The position numbers and the translations under genes are program-made. Below are positions 1-13,603 of a stretch of 64,000 nt of DNA, one piece after another. Each line of letters starts with the position of its first letter. Position 1 is the stretch's first letter. The notes beneath the pieces were generated by a model. The model was not told where the DNA came from and did not search any database. It saw nothing but the letters and a program-made list of their open reading frames with translations. The DNA lies in assembly GCA_964247055.1 (NCBI GenBank), contig OZ176050.1, forward strand, positions 13,392,001-13,456,000. The letters run 5' to 3'. This stretch comes from Paragordius varius (lineage: Eukaryota; Animalia; Nematomorpha).

Positions 1-599
1 GGTGGGATAACAGTTGTTAGCCTTGATGATGAATTATAGAGTTGATGATTGAAAATTGTAAAATATAAAAACAAAAATAAATAATAAAAATATATTTTAT
101 TTTTGACTTTGTATATGTAGGGATATTTTATTCCAAAAAATAATATAAGTTTAAGGCTGAACTATTATTCCATTGTTTACTAATGAAAATGACCCGTTGA
201 TTGCGATATTTGTGCCGAGTAAGTATTTTAAGTGAATATTTAATCCAAATTATAATGATTAATCCGTGTTTGTAATATTGACCTATAGCGTTGTGCTTAT
301 ACTTGTTTTTCTAAATAGCCGAAGTCAATTCTCTACACCAGGGGCGACATTTTAACATGTAAACTTAAAATATTTTATTTTTATATTTGGTCCATTATTT
401 ATATTGGTAAATCCATATTTTTCATTATGTTGATTTTGTAAACCAGAGTGCGTTACTAACAATGAAGATTGAACATAATTTTATAAGGTGTGACTTTTTT
501 TGGTTAAAAACAGGTGATAACCACTGATTGGGTCTATATAGTAGCCATGATGCTTAAACTATAGTAAATTTGGCCTTTCTGGATAACCCATAATATCTA

Positions 600-3480
600 A
601 ATGTTATTGTTATTATTGTAGCAAAGATCGTTGTCGATTTATTGCTTTTTCGAAGGTATATTTTCTCCAGTTTATTCGATTGTAAGTGAGTGATGTTAAC
701 TGTTGTAAAGAGAGATTGGTTTTTTTGGTTAGGTTTTCGATCCAGCGCTATCTTGCAGCGTCCACGTTTCCTGGATCCTTCAACCTTGCCTGTCATTAGT
801 TGGAATTCCAAGTCATTAGCTCTGGTAATGTGACCAAAGTATGATAATTTCATTTTGAGGCACATGCCAATCAAGTGTATCTCGGGGTTTATTTTGTCAA
901 GGATTACAGTGTTTTTTATTTTGTCTTTCCAAGTGATTCGAAGTATCTTCCGCCAGCACCAGTTTTCGAAGGCGTTTATGTATTTTTCGTCTACCTTTTT
1001 TATTGTCCAGCTTTCTGATGCATATATCATGCTAGGAAATATTAGGGCTTTAACTAAACGGATTTTTGTTTTAAGTTTGATGTCGTGTGATGACCATAGT
1101 TTATTATATTTTATCATTTTTGTCTTAGCAATTTCTATTCTTCTTTTGATGTCTGGGGTGCTTATGTTTGTTGTATTTATAAGACCTCCTAGGTAAGTGT
1201 ATTGGGTCACTACTTCTATTTGTTGGTTGTGAAAAGATAAGTTGTTATAGTGGTTATGAGCGTTTATAATCATGATTTTAGTTTTTTTAAAGTTGATCGT
1301 CAATCCAAATTTTTGACATTCGTTTGAGAATTCAGTTAGGAGTTTTTTCAGGTTGTCCACTGAGTTTGACAGCAGTATAGTGTCATCAGCATAGTGAAGT
1401 GATGATATAATATTGCCGGCAATGCTTATACCATTAGTTTTATCTATGTTTCGTAATACGCTTTCTATGCAGACATTAAAAAGAGTGGGTGAAAGGACAC
1501 ATCCTTGTCTTAAACCATTGTTCATTTGTACACAATTACTTGTGCCATGTGTGATTTTTATGTTTAGTGATGAATTGGAATAGAGGGATTTAATGATGTT
1601 TAAAATGTGATCTGAAACTCCCATCTGAGATAGTGCCTTCCACAGCGTCTCGTGTTTCACGTGTCGAAGGCTTTTGTAAAATCAATGAAGCAGATGTGGG
1701 TTTCTTTCTGTAATTCAATTTGTTTTTCGAATATCCAACGTAGATTGCTGATCATTTCCCTGCATCCGCGATTGGATCTAAATCCCGCTTGGGTATTAGA
1801 AAGTTCGGCTTCAATTATGCCTTGAATACGCCTATGAATTATTTTGAGGAAAACTTTTGATGCTTGATTTAGCGCTATAGTTCTATAGTTGTTAAATGAT
1901 TCGCCTTTTTTCAAGATGGGGATGAGTATTGATTTGCACCAGTCTTGAGGGAATGAGGCGTGAAATATCTTTTGGAATAAGTCAGTTAAGATATGAATTG
2001 GGATAAAACGAATGAGTTCGGTTGGAATATCGTTGTACCCCTCAGATTTGTTGTTTGGGGAATGGTTAAGCGCTCATTCAACTTCCTCTTTGATGATCGG
2101 CGGGTCATGTTGATAGATCTTACTGTTTTTATCGGCGTTCGATGGACTGGAGCCGTATAGTTTTAATACATATTGTTCCCATTGTTCCACCAGTGTTTTT
2201 TTGTCTGTGATGATATCTCCATCTTCCTTTCTCATTGGGCCTTTGTAGATTTTAGACCTACGTGGAGCAATGTGATCTACTTCAGCAAAGTAGTTGTTGA
2301 TATGTTTAGCAGCGTTTTCTAGTTTTAAGCACAGCTGATTGTAGTGATCGTTTTTGTCTTCCCGAGCGCTTTTTGGAACTCTGCATTAAGTGATTTGTAC
2401 TCTGCCATATTATTATTGCGTTTAGCTTGGCGCCGTTTGTCCGCTAAATAACTTTTTTGTGATAGCTTAATTTTGTTAAGATGGGATTTTTGGATAGGGA
2501 TGCATTCTCTGGCTGTAGTACTAGGATATTTTGTATTGTATTCCAAAGATTTTCAGCGTCATCGTCTATTTCGAATGTTTTAAATCTGTTTTCAAGTAAC
2601 AAAGGAAACTCGGGGGAGATCGCAGAAAAATCTAATTTAGGTTTATGCAGAAATTTTGGTTTGCGTGAGAGAACTGTTTTAATTTTTAGTTTAGCTACAA
2701 GGAGATTATAATCAGAATAGCAGTCGGAACCGGGGTAGGTTTTTACGTTCATAAAGGAAGATTTATATTTTTGCATACCGAGAATAAAGTCAATTTGGTT
2801 TCTGTGCCTCTTGCAAGGTGAAATCCATGTGTATAGCCTTCGCTTAGGTTGTTGGAAAAAGGAGTTTGATATGAATAATTTGTGTTCGCTGCAAAATTCT
2901 AAGAGGCGGTCTCCTCTATCGTTTTTGTTTCCCAATCCTTTCCCACCAGTGATTTGATGTGTATTATCGTTGCCTACAATCGCGTTGAAGTCGCCCAATA
3001 CAAATATCATGTCTTTTTTGGGAACTTTCTCAATAGCTGAACTGAGATCCTCATAAAATTGTTCGGAGTCTTCTTCGTTGTTAGAGTTGGTAGGGGCATA
3101 GATTTGGAATATCGTTATTGGTTGTGGAGACGAGTTTAATCGAAGTGATATTATGCGATCGCTGTGTGGATGGTTTCAGATGCGTTGGCGATTGATTTGG
3201 TCACTATTGGGGCCACACCGTTTCGTTTAAGAGTATCATGACCTGAGTATAATAGGATATGATTTTCATATTCTATGTGGCCGTTTAACGGAATGTGGGA
3301 TTCTGCTATTCCTAATATACTTATGTTGAGTTTCACCATTTCTTTTATGATAACTTCGATTTTGTTGGTGGTGCCGCGAGAGTTCCATGTACCAATACGT
3401 AAAGACACATCACAGAAATTAGTTTTATTCTGAACAGTCATTGTCTGAATTTGGTTGGTTTAGATGTAGAGAATTAGGAA
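600..3480 (-). mobile_element. Degenerate, near full-length RTE-clade non-LTR retrotransposon (APE endonuclease + reverse transcriptase), broken by frameshifts and stops
   Basis: Collinear minus-strand ORF pieces: 3151-3441 (LRIGTWNSRG, ILGIAESH), 2444-3010 (VLGDFNA, NQIDFIL, SDYNLL), 1657-1914 (NYRTIAL, QAGFR, FIDFTKAFD), 554-1660 (GLRQGCVLSPTLFN, YADD, YTYLGG, IYASESWT, LSYFGHI). A CAATAA-like microsatellite tail lies near 603-619. A single APE-RT reading frame is typical of the RTE clade. Confidence 0.92.
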
Positions 3481-5152
3481 GGATGTGTTAACAATCGATA
3501 GGTTTGTGATGAAGGATATGAGGAAAAAATGAGTAGTATTTTGAATGATAAATGATATTTTGTGGACAATTAATTTTTAGTTTGTGTTTTCTTGAGAATG
3601 ATGATGTATGGGGATCAGATAAAAGTAGGAGAAATGGTTGATAAATTTTTGTCTAATGCATTGGATAAAGGCTTTCATTAATACTGTCGAAAAAAGAAAA
3701 AATACATCTTCAAAAATAATTGGTATTTCTTCAGGAAGGTAGGCATACCAAGCCTTTCCCACCTCCATCCTTACCGTATGTTTTCACGAAATGTTGTCTA
3801 AATGTATGTGTACTTAAATGCTGATAAACAGAGAGCTTGTTCATTACAAAATCATATGGCATTCAACAACTTATTTCATTTATGCATGATTTATCATGTT
3901 AACTTGTAAAATATAATTATAAAGAAGAGGGTCTAGCCGATAAGAATCGCCAATGTTCGCGTACATCTCTTAATTTATAGATTTTATGAAAAAACAAAAT
4001 AGACCGCTTTGTAGCAGGCTCTGATTACCGGAAGTAGAGAGGGTTAGGAACGTTTGGCACAACTTTTTACAAAAAAGAAAATTTATATTTTATAAAATAT
4101 GTATATAAATTGTGAGCTTCCTAATATAATATATCAGATAAATATGTAAACAAACAATAAATCAGTGTTAGAAAGGTTGGTCAACATATATGGTTACACC
4201 TAATAAGGTTATAAAAATGAAATAATGATTTGTCGATTTTTTGAATAATGTTGAGATTAATTTTGAATTTTTCAATCATAAATTTATAAATTTGATTTCT
4301 TAACCTATTTAAATAATTTTACCTGTAAAATTATAGGCCCTCTTTTATATATATATATATATATATGAACATAGTATGCCTTTTTAAAACTCATTCTTTT
4401 TACCCTTTTCTCATAATATATACATCAAGATTTTAAAATATCAATTTTGTTCTAATTATTTAAGGGTATACTATAAAAATTATAATCGGATTTCCACAAT
4501 ATTTAGTTCACTCATTTTTCTTTATTAATATTTTTAAAATTATCCAAATGGACAGCCAAATTAGATGTTAAACATGACGGGTAATAAATGTCTAAAAGTA
4601 ACAATTTTTGCTGAATCGTTGTATATACTTCACAACTAATGCATTTACAAAAGACTTAGAGTTTATATATAATTATTACAATAAAAATATGTTACGACCA
4701 AAATTTTAATCGGATAATTTTTTGGAATTTAACAATTTGGAATATTTAGCGGACTAATAAAGGCTACGCTTTAATTTAACCGAATATTTGGTTTGCAATT
4801 AGATCGCGCGACTAATTTCTCCTCAGACCTAATATAGTTTTAGCAAATCAAAAATTTTATTTACTATTTTTTATTTTTTGATGTTTAATTTAATATATTT
4901 CTAGTGTAATAATCCCAAATAATAATAGCTGTATGCAAACGATTTCCATCTATATTTGTCATAACGACCTACCAGTTTTTAATTGAAGCCATCGATATGA
5001 GGTTTTGGTACAAAAAAATTTATAATATTATTAAAAAAAATTTTTAGAATATTAATCCATAGATAAATGATTAATTTTATATTTCTTTTAAATCAGGAGA
5101 GTTAAAAGGCAATTTTATTATAATTATAACTTATTTTACAATCATTATATTT

Positions 5153-8100
5153 TTATTTATGAAATAAATGATAGGGAACGTAACAAGCCGAGGGCGCTAT
5201 TGAAGTTTCTAACATTCCTGGGATCGCCACCAATTGATTTGTCTGTATATCCAAACATTCGATTTCTTTAAGTTCGAGATTGCTGAGTGAGCTAACGCCC
5301 CCAATTACAAAAATTTTGGAATCTGAATTATGGATAAAATAATATTTTTTTATTTGTAAATGGCACATAAATGGCATATGGGAGCTTTATGTGTCAACCA
5401 TTTTTGGAAAACAATAATAAAGCTTACCTTATATTTATGAATACTGCTAAAAAAATTTTTTATAAAATATTACACGATGTTTAAATAAATATTATTATTT
5501 AATACTTCAATTGGGGTATGTTTAAATAAATATTATTATTTAATACTTCAATTGGGGTATCTAAATATAAATTTAATTTAATTATGAAAAACTACTGAAG
5601 AAACAGTCCCATTTAAATTCATGCTTCTATCCTAATAAAAATAAACCAGAATATCTAATAAAATTTCGTTTTGAAAAAAAGTACCCTGTGAAACTTCGAC
5701 GCCATTTTTATATTACAAAATTTTTGCAAAATATTGTGTTATATATAATTTTAAAGGTAAAAGCCTATATTATTAAATTGCAAACATTGATAGAAATAGA
5801 AAAAGTGGTTTATTTTATATTATCTATCAATTCAACCAATGCACACATGTTACAATTTTTATCTTTAGGTTTACCTTAAAATAAGTATTCTCAAGTTTTT
5901 GAATAAATTTTTTTTATAGGTTTACTAATGTTATATAAGTGCAAAATTTGACATCGTTTCAGTTCCTTCTATATTTTTAATGTATTTAATATTAAACAGG
6001 CCTGAGGTATCCAACAACCCGATTTGAATCGAAGGACTAAAATTAATGTGTTCAAGTGTTAAAATGGGACATATATTATTAAATTACCCCTAAAACAGAA
6101 AAGGGACAAATAGTGAATGAAATAAGCTGTCATACGATGCTATTATACCTTTTTTGATCAATGTACATTTTAGTTTTAAATAAAAGATCTGATCTGATAT
6201 AAGTGTGGTTCTAGAATAAAAATAAACCATAAGTTATCATTCCAAAGCGGTGTCTTGGAATTTTTAAGCTATTAACATAGCTCCATGTATCGGTAACCTC
6301 ATTGTAAACATCTATGGCTGGCATGCTCGTAATATTATAGGTATTCTGAGTTGACCCTAAAAATTAAAATAAAATAATTAATTGATTTTTGTTTGAAAGC
6401 TTTACAGATGATGCTTTTAATGCATTTTTCTTTTGAAAATATTTATATTTCTCATTGACACGTGTAATTAAATAATATGTTAAACAAATGTTACTTACCA
6501 TCACTGTTTTTATTAGTAAAAAGGGTCGCACCACCGCAAATATATAATTTGCCCAAAGCCACTCCACTCGAAGCATGACATCTGGGAAAGCGTAAATGTT
6601 TGCGTTTACTCCACCTATTTAATGCAACGAAATGTGTATAAATAACGTTATCGAACTATTTTATATCCTGTTTATTCATTAATGAGAAAAAAGTTATAAT
6701 AGTATTTCAACAGTATCTTTTTGCTTTTAGATATAGCGTATAGGATAGAATAGATATAAAATCTTAATTCACTTGCTTGCTTACCAGATGTAGTCAGAGA
6801 TGTTTGGTAAAAGACAAATAATTTTGAAGAGAAATCATTTATTTTATTTAAAATATTGTCCATCGGCTTCCATATATTTTGCCCATTTCTCACGTAATAT
6901 ATGGAATGCCATTCAGAAAAACTGATTGTGTTTTTGCAGCAAACCATTCGTCAAGCCATTTTTAACATCTTGTGAATTGTTTATTGATCTAGTGTGTGAT
7001 TATTGATGGGGGCGTAATAATCATATGGCGTCAAGTTAGGAGACTACGGATGCTATGGAATTTTCTATCTAAGCGATTATAAGGTGTCATTAAATTTGTA
7101 TGAGACAGATCAAGTAATGTAGCGAAATTATTTTGCCATATCTTCGACGGTCGTTTTTCGATCAACGCATTGTTTAATTAAATCATTTGTTGGTGGAATT
7201 GTATATTAACTGTTTCATCGGGCTTCAAAAGTTTATAATACACATAACCGCTCTGGTCTCACCAGATACAGACGATTTGGATTTGGTGTTGATATATCGG
7301 CTCCGATAAAACGCCATAATTTGATGCAAAAATGATAGCTTTTGTCACGAAACAGGATTTTAAAAGTTACATTGCGATTTGGAATTTAACGTTTATTAAA
7401 ATTGTGTTGGACACATTTACCAAGTTTATTGATCTTTGTCATTCCACGGTACCCGTCTACTGGTTGTTTTTTGCAATATATCTAATATTTCTGCCAATGG
7501 CCGTTGAACAGTTAGGTTATCATCCTTTAACTCTTGCACTTCATCTTCCCGCAGTTGTGTTGTCCACCAGAGAGACGACACTCTTTTACATTAAAATTGC
7601 AAAGTAACCATAATATGTTTTAATCAATAATGTATATACCATATGTTTCTACCAGCAAACGATGGCTTTCAACATCTCATTTCTTCTGATAGAATAAAAA
7701 CGGCAATGCTTGCGGAAAATGTTTAGGCACAAACGACAAGTTTACTGATAAAAAAAAGAAGCTAGTTTTTTGCGGGATCAACGCGAGTGTGTTTGTAGTT
7801 CAATGTTAGTGAACAATATGGCGTCAGTTTCAAATCAATTATCTGCCTACTTAACATGACTTCTTTTCTAAGTTAAATCGGTTAAGACTTAGGACTACAC
7901 CTAGTAAAGTGCATATTATATCTTCATTTAAATTTTTGTCTTAATATAGACTTAATTTTTTACCCTGATGTATTAGTGTTGTTTATAACGTTAAAGCTTT
8001 CCACTGTATCTACGATAGGATATTTGGGATTATGCTCAAAACCACCCATAACCCAAATACTCCCATTATACAGGCAAGCAGTTGCAGCTAATCTTGCAGA

Positions 8101-10439
8101 ACTTAAGGAAGCCATACGGCTGTACGCATCTATTTTTGTATCCAATCTTGTCACTGTACTCAAATGACTATTTGAAATATATAAATAAATAGATGTATAT
8201 ATGAAATACATTTCTAAAAACAAATGGATTTAGTCTTAACTTGTGTCGCTATAATTTTTTAACTTTGTAAGAAAATGGCAAAAAAGTAAGGAAATATTTA
8301 TTTCAACATGGCAACATATAACAACCCTTAATTCTTGTTCAGAAAAAATAAAATTAATTAATGATTAGATTTTGAGCCTAAATGAAATTTAGTTGTAACC
8401 ATAAAATCTAAACCCTACCAAAGGCTAATTATGTTCTTTTAAAGAGTGGATTAACATCATTGATTAATGGATAATGGAATACTTGTGGTAAGAATATCCT
8501 AAAGAATAAATTTTTTTACACACATTAAGAAGAATTATTAACACAATTATTTAAATCTATCAAAAAGAATATAAAAATTACGAAACTAAACCAAATTATA
8601 AATGATTTAAAAGTCTAGGTTTCAATATAATACTTTCCGTCAGCGTCTTGTCCGCCTATAATGTATATATCGCTTCCAGAAACGGCCAATGAGTGATAAA
8701 TACAAGCAATTGGCATATCTTTACCAATAATCCAACGCCCATCCTTTGTATACTTATAAATTTTGCATGTTGGGATCGGTTTATATTTCCCAGGTTTCAA
8801 TTTGACTTCGCTATATTCAAATCCACCTATATTATGTTGGATAAAATGGTACTCCTTATTTATATGTAATATAATTAAAACAGACATAGCAAAATAAATG
8901 GTCGGTAATCGATACCAATGCCCTTTACTATCGGTGAAAATATATTTTTTTCAAATATACCAGGTGTCGTCATAAGCTTTTCTCGGTTTAAAAAACACCT
9001 AATTTTAATAAGAACTTTATTATTTATTTATTTTCAGAATATTGTCCCTCGGCTTCTAAACATTTCGCCCATCTCTCAAGTAATCTATGCATGCCACAGA
9101 AGAACTACGCTTTGCGGCATCATCTAGCCATTTCCAACCTTTTTTAAATTATTGACGTGCTACTCTGAGAGCAGTTGTTCCATTCATGCCAGAGGTACAA
9201 CTGACACCAGGTCAGGAGAGTACGGGGCATGCGGAAGATCCCATCAAATAGATTTTGAGGTTTATTTTACTGGTTTGCTTGAGACGATGCATTGTCATGT
9301 AGCAAAATCATTTTGCCATGTCTTCTGGTCCAATCAGATCGTTTATTATTGCATGGTTTAAAAATTATTTGCGGATGATAGCGTAGTATATTAACGGTGC
9401 TTTAAAACAAAACTGCTTTTGCCGAGAGAGGCAGCCTTAGTGTTGATAAACCATGGCATCAAAAAGCCACCATTTTGGATTTAGAAAATAATTCACTTCC
9501 CATCACCCGTCAAGATTCGATACAAAATCTCCTTTTGAGACTTTTAACAGGATTTTACAAATCACTTTTCGATTTGACGTTCACAAATTGCGTAAAACCT
9601 ATTTACAGAGTTTATTGTTTTTCCATTTTTCAGACGTCTACTGATTTTTTAGTTAAATTGATACATCTAATACTTCCGCTAATAGCCGTTAAGTTTGTGT
9701 TGGGTCATCATCCAAAAACTCTTGCATTTTATCGTCTACACATTTTTGTGGCAGAGCGCATCTTTCAAATTGATATTACAACTTTTAAAAATTGAACCTA
9801 TCACACGTTTTAATCCATGAGCATGTTCACCAGTGTTTCTACCTAAAACTTTACAGTTTCCTGGAATAAGAAATGTGTGCACCAGATGTTTTTCATACAT
9901 TGATATAATTACTGATAAAAATAAGAATCTAGTCTTTAGGCGAGCTCAACTTGTTTGTTTGTAGTTTAATGACGTATGAACAAATTGGGGTGTCTAATTT
10001 ATCCGCATACTTTTCGCTGACGGCTTTTCTTAGTGAAACAATTTATATATATATATATATATATCCTTTGACAAAATATTAATACTATTCATATTGTGAA
10101 AAATATTGCCTATAACGTAAAGGGATTCTCCGGCAAACGCAATTTGATGCATGCTTCGAGAAAATGGGACTGCTTCAATTTTAGACCATTTTATATTTCT
10201 AAAGTCTAGGATTTGTAGCAAAGAAGGATTTGATCTTCCTTTACATCCACTTAATACTACACACACCGGAATATTTGCTATATTAACATCGGGTGAAACA
10301 GATTCCGTAATATTATTGTTACGACTCTCCTGCATAAATGAATCTAAATATTGATCCAATTCATCAATAGATTCTAATTCTAATATTTTTGTAGATTTGA
10401 TGGATATTGGCAATTTGTCAATCTATTGGTGTTAAATCA

Positions 10440-10483
<44 letters not shown>

Positions 10484-12672
10484 CAGGTTAGATATGGTCT
10501 TAGAAGTTAACTTTAGGAAAGTAAATATCTTTCGTCTGTATCAATCTGGTATATATATTAAGATAAGGGTGGAGGCATAATTTAAATTTAAACCTGAAAT
10601 CTTATAGACACCTTGTTAGCTAAATATTTCCTGGGGTTCATAATATGGTTTTGCTGCATGCTTGTTAAAACTTTGGGGGACATATTTAATTTGTGTAAAT
10701 TACTGACCAATAACCTATTGATTATAAATACTGATTTAATATATTCTTACGTTGACATAAATATTATATGATGTCCAAAATATATAAATCGTAAAAAAAG
10801 AGTTTTTGGTTGATTTGTAACGGAAATAAATAGTAATAATATTTCAATTAAGAATTTCATGCATTTATGATAGTGTTTCACCACTTACATATCTATTCAA
10901 AACTTATATGAGCATTTAAAAATTCTGTTTCACTTTTTTTTGAAATTGGGACTTTACATATGAGCATTAACCATAATTCTATGACAAAATGTGCCTTTTT
11001 TAAATAATTTTATCAATTTTGTCAGGAATTTCTGTTGACACTATACAGCAATTTTTGGCTAATTCTAAAACTACAACATATGTTTGCTTTGTATATTATT
11101 AAACTGGTTAAGTGCATAAAAGACTGTATTAATTTTAATCTTTATTAAAAAGCTGATCCTTAATAGAAGCTGAACCGATTTTAGATGCTTTTAAATTTTT
11201 AACATGAAAAAGTAAAAATTTTATACGGAAATCCGAGTTTAGGTTTTTTTATCATTTGCCTTAATCTATGGAATATATATTTAGATCATTTTTACATGTG
11301 TTTCGGTTAATCTAACTTAATTTGTTAATGTAAAAGCGCATGTTCATTTAACAATAGGGCGTTTGGCTACTATAAAAACGTGCTAATAAATATTTTAGGC
11401 GTTTATGACATAATTTTAATTATAATTTTTTACAAGCAAGTTAGCTATCGCAAACCCAAAAATAAAACAGCATAGCAATGAGCTACATATTTCTATAATA
11501 GTTTTCGAATTATTTAAATTTCAATATGGGCGAAATAGATATTTTACGCTTGCCTATGCTATCACGATTACTAGAAACATATGTAAGATTTCATATATAT
11601 AAAATCAATACAATTACCAATTGGCTGTAAGGAGCATATTTTCAGGGATTGGTAAATATTTTTGATTGCTTTCCTGGGAACAATATATCAAATCGTCTGT
11701 CTGCTGGAACTGCAATAATCTAATATTAGCAGCCAATTCTTTGAAACCATTTGACAAATCATTATCACTAATATTTGTTTCACATATAATTCTACTTTCT
11801 CTCAGGATATGTTTCATTTTGCACCAAAACAATAAGATATCATATAGTTCTCGTTCATCCAAACATTCAATTTCATCGCTACAACTTAAGGCCAAAATTA
11901 AATCATAATCTAATTTAACATATACAGATGGATATTTTAAAATACACGATTTTAGTTTACGGACAAGAATGTCTTTAATTGAATGTTGAAGCTTTATAAA
12001 TCCATATGAAGTAGCTAATCTCCAATATTCCACAAATATTGAGTTAATGTAATCCTTTCGTAGCAAATTATTATCTTTGTTAAAATTTGAAAGTTGTTTT
12101 ATAAATTTATCGGAATTCAGATATTCACTTAAAGGATCCAAGAATGTTTTCATTTCAAATGTGATGGCAGTATCAAATAATTTTGGTATCAATAGAAGCT
12201 CTACTAAATTTAAATCTATACTCTTCCCGGTATTTATATCGTAAAAGATGAGTCTCATAATTTGTGGGTTTATCATAAGATGCGTAAAATCTAATTCTTT
12301 TACCATTGTTGGCGACAAATTTTTCGATACAAGCAGCCATTCGAAAAAGGGACTACTCCGTATTAAGCAATCTTTCTTTACTTCAAATTGACATTGATAA
12401 GATTTTACGATTATGATTTCTTTGGCAGATGTAAGGGAGGACTTTTGAAACGTGTCCATTTTTTCTAAATCTCCAAACGGGGATATTAGGACTTCTGGAG
12501 TTTTCGATATTTGGGATTCGTTTACATCCCTATCTGGGTTTATTAATTCTACATTTTCCTTTAAAATACTGGGACTGAAAGATCTCAATTCTGTGTATCG
12601 TCTCTGCAAATTCCTTAGTATCAATCTTAGCTCCTCGTCATCATTATCGCTTTTCGATTCATTTATACTCAT
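5153..12672 (-). CDS. BTB-BACK-Kelch repeat protein (Kelch-like, divergent), multi-exon
   Basis: Exon 11618-12672 has BTB/BACK-like motifs (LIRSSPFFEWLL; LYDILLFWCK). Kelch exons follow at ~10116-10430 (FSRSMHQIAFAGESLYVIG), ~8615-8850 (HSLAVSGSDIYIIGG), ~7960-8170 (NGSIWVMGGF), ~6499-6615 (WSKRKHLRFPRCHASSGVALGKLYICGG), ~6227-6357 (IDVYNEVTDTWSYVNSLKIPRHRFG) and 5153-5322 (KIFVIGG...stop). GT-AG boundaries were checked for the exons from 6615 to 5153. Confidence 0.88.
5505..6040. mobile_element. ~550-bp MITE, family P (TTAACACCTCGATTCAAATTGGGGTAT-type TIR); left end truncated, with a 41-bp tandem duplication
   Basis: Shares its internal sequence (ctactgaagaaacagtcccatttaaattcatgcttcta) and right end (ccgatttgaatcgaaggactaa) with copies at 25.5, 59.4 and 60.4 kb. 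Confidence 0.75.
6784..7904 (-). mobile_element. Decayed Mos1-like mariner element in a Kelch intron
   Basis: TA-flanked TIRs (TA-CCAGATGTAGTC at left; reverse complement TA-CTAGGTGTAGTCCTAAG at right). The interior aligns with the other three mariner relics and retains fragments of Mos1-type transposase motifs. Confidence 0.82.
8960..10042 (-). mobile_element. Decayed Mos1-like mariner element in a Kelch intron; right TIR truncated at a (TA)n tract
   Basis: Left TIR TA-CCAGGTGTCGTCATAAGCTTTTCTCGGTTTAA. The minus strand retains the LERWAK motif and a YSPDL equivalent (tactctcctgacctggtgtc). Confidence 0.82.
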
Positions 12673-12769
12673 AAATAATAATGCAAATTAAACATCATTT
12701 ATGTATAAATAAAAATGATATGAATTTAACTGATTGTTTTAATACTTAAAATGTCATTAGTTAGGTTTG

Positions 12770-13310
12770 AGTAATATTAGTCATTAACATTGTTTTCATC
12801 GTAAGTCGGGATTCATAGGCCTAAATTGATTTTAACAATAATTCAAATGTTAGTTAGACCGTTTTTAATATTTTTAAATAATTAATGTATAAGTTAAAAA
12901 GTTGATTAAATTATGTTGTTTATTATCATTCAATGCCTTTTAAGAGTTTTAGCCACATAGCTAATTATAATATTAGTTATCAAGATAATTATTATACCAA
13001 ATTTAATGATTTCATTCTATGACGCATTGTTCTAAACAGCTAAAATATCTACTATAAAATCTTAGGCCCGAATTCTAGCTCTTTATTTTACTGGATTGGA
13101 TGGGTATTTTTAAAATTCAGATTTTACTTCAAACCTTTTTAGCTAAATATATTAAATAAGAAGATTTTTTACATCTCATTACGTTTTCTTTTGAAATATT
13201 ACATAATGAAATTTCTACTACCGCCTTAAACCTGTTAAAACGCTAACATTAATGGTTTTATTAATATCTAATTATCAATTGTACTCAGATATAAAACCGA
13301 AAAAGAAATA
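12770..13310. repeat. Segment A: non-coding region just upstream of the Kelch start codon, duplicated in inverted orientation at ~44630-45190
   Basis: For example gaattctagctcttta...ggattggatgggtatttttaaaattcagat matches the reverse complement of 44848-44890; roughly 80% identity by eye over ~540 bp. Confidence 0.85.
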
Positions 13311-13603
13311 AAGTAACTTATAAAAGACATTCCCCAAATACATTTAAAACAAACAGTGATTTCAAAATCAATATTAGCGAGATTTCATCGCTACTTGTGA
13401 ACAAAAGCACTTTTTATTTTTTAACTTTAATATCTTCTTTTGATTTTTTCAGCGCAACTGATTGCAATATCACGGGCATATTCAACGTATGAATTCCGGT
13501 ATTTGATAGAAAATTGTTCAGAAAGTTATTGGATGGTAACCCCAGGTACCTAGGATCTAAAACGGTAGATGGACGGCCTACCATATTTTAATCAAAGACT
13601 GCA

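Noticed and set aside
3735-4060. HDV-like ribozyme at the LINE 5' end
   Set aside because: The loop and junction bases are reversed relative to the canonical pattern and no convincing P2/P4 was found. It is kept only as a low-interest structured patch.
8960-10550. Kelch exon captured inside a mariner, with a second TIR near 10550
   Set aside because: The CTGGTA near 10550 matches the TIR consensus poorly, and the inner TIR remnant is already present at ~10030-10042.
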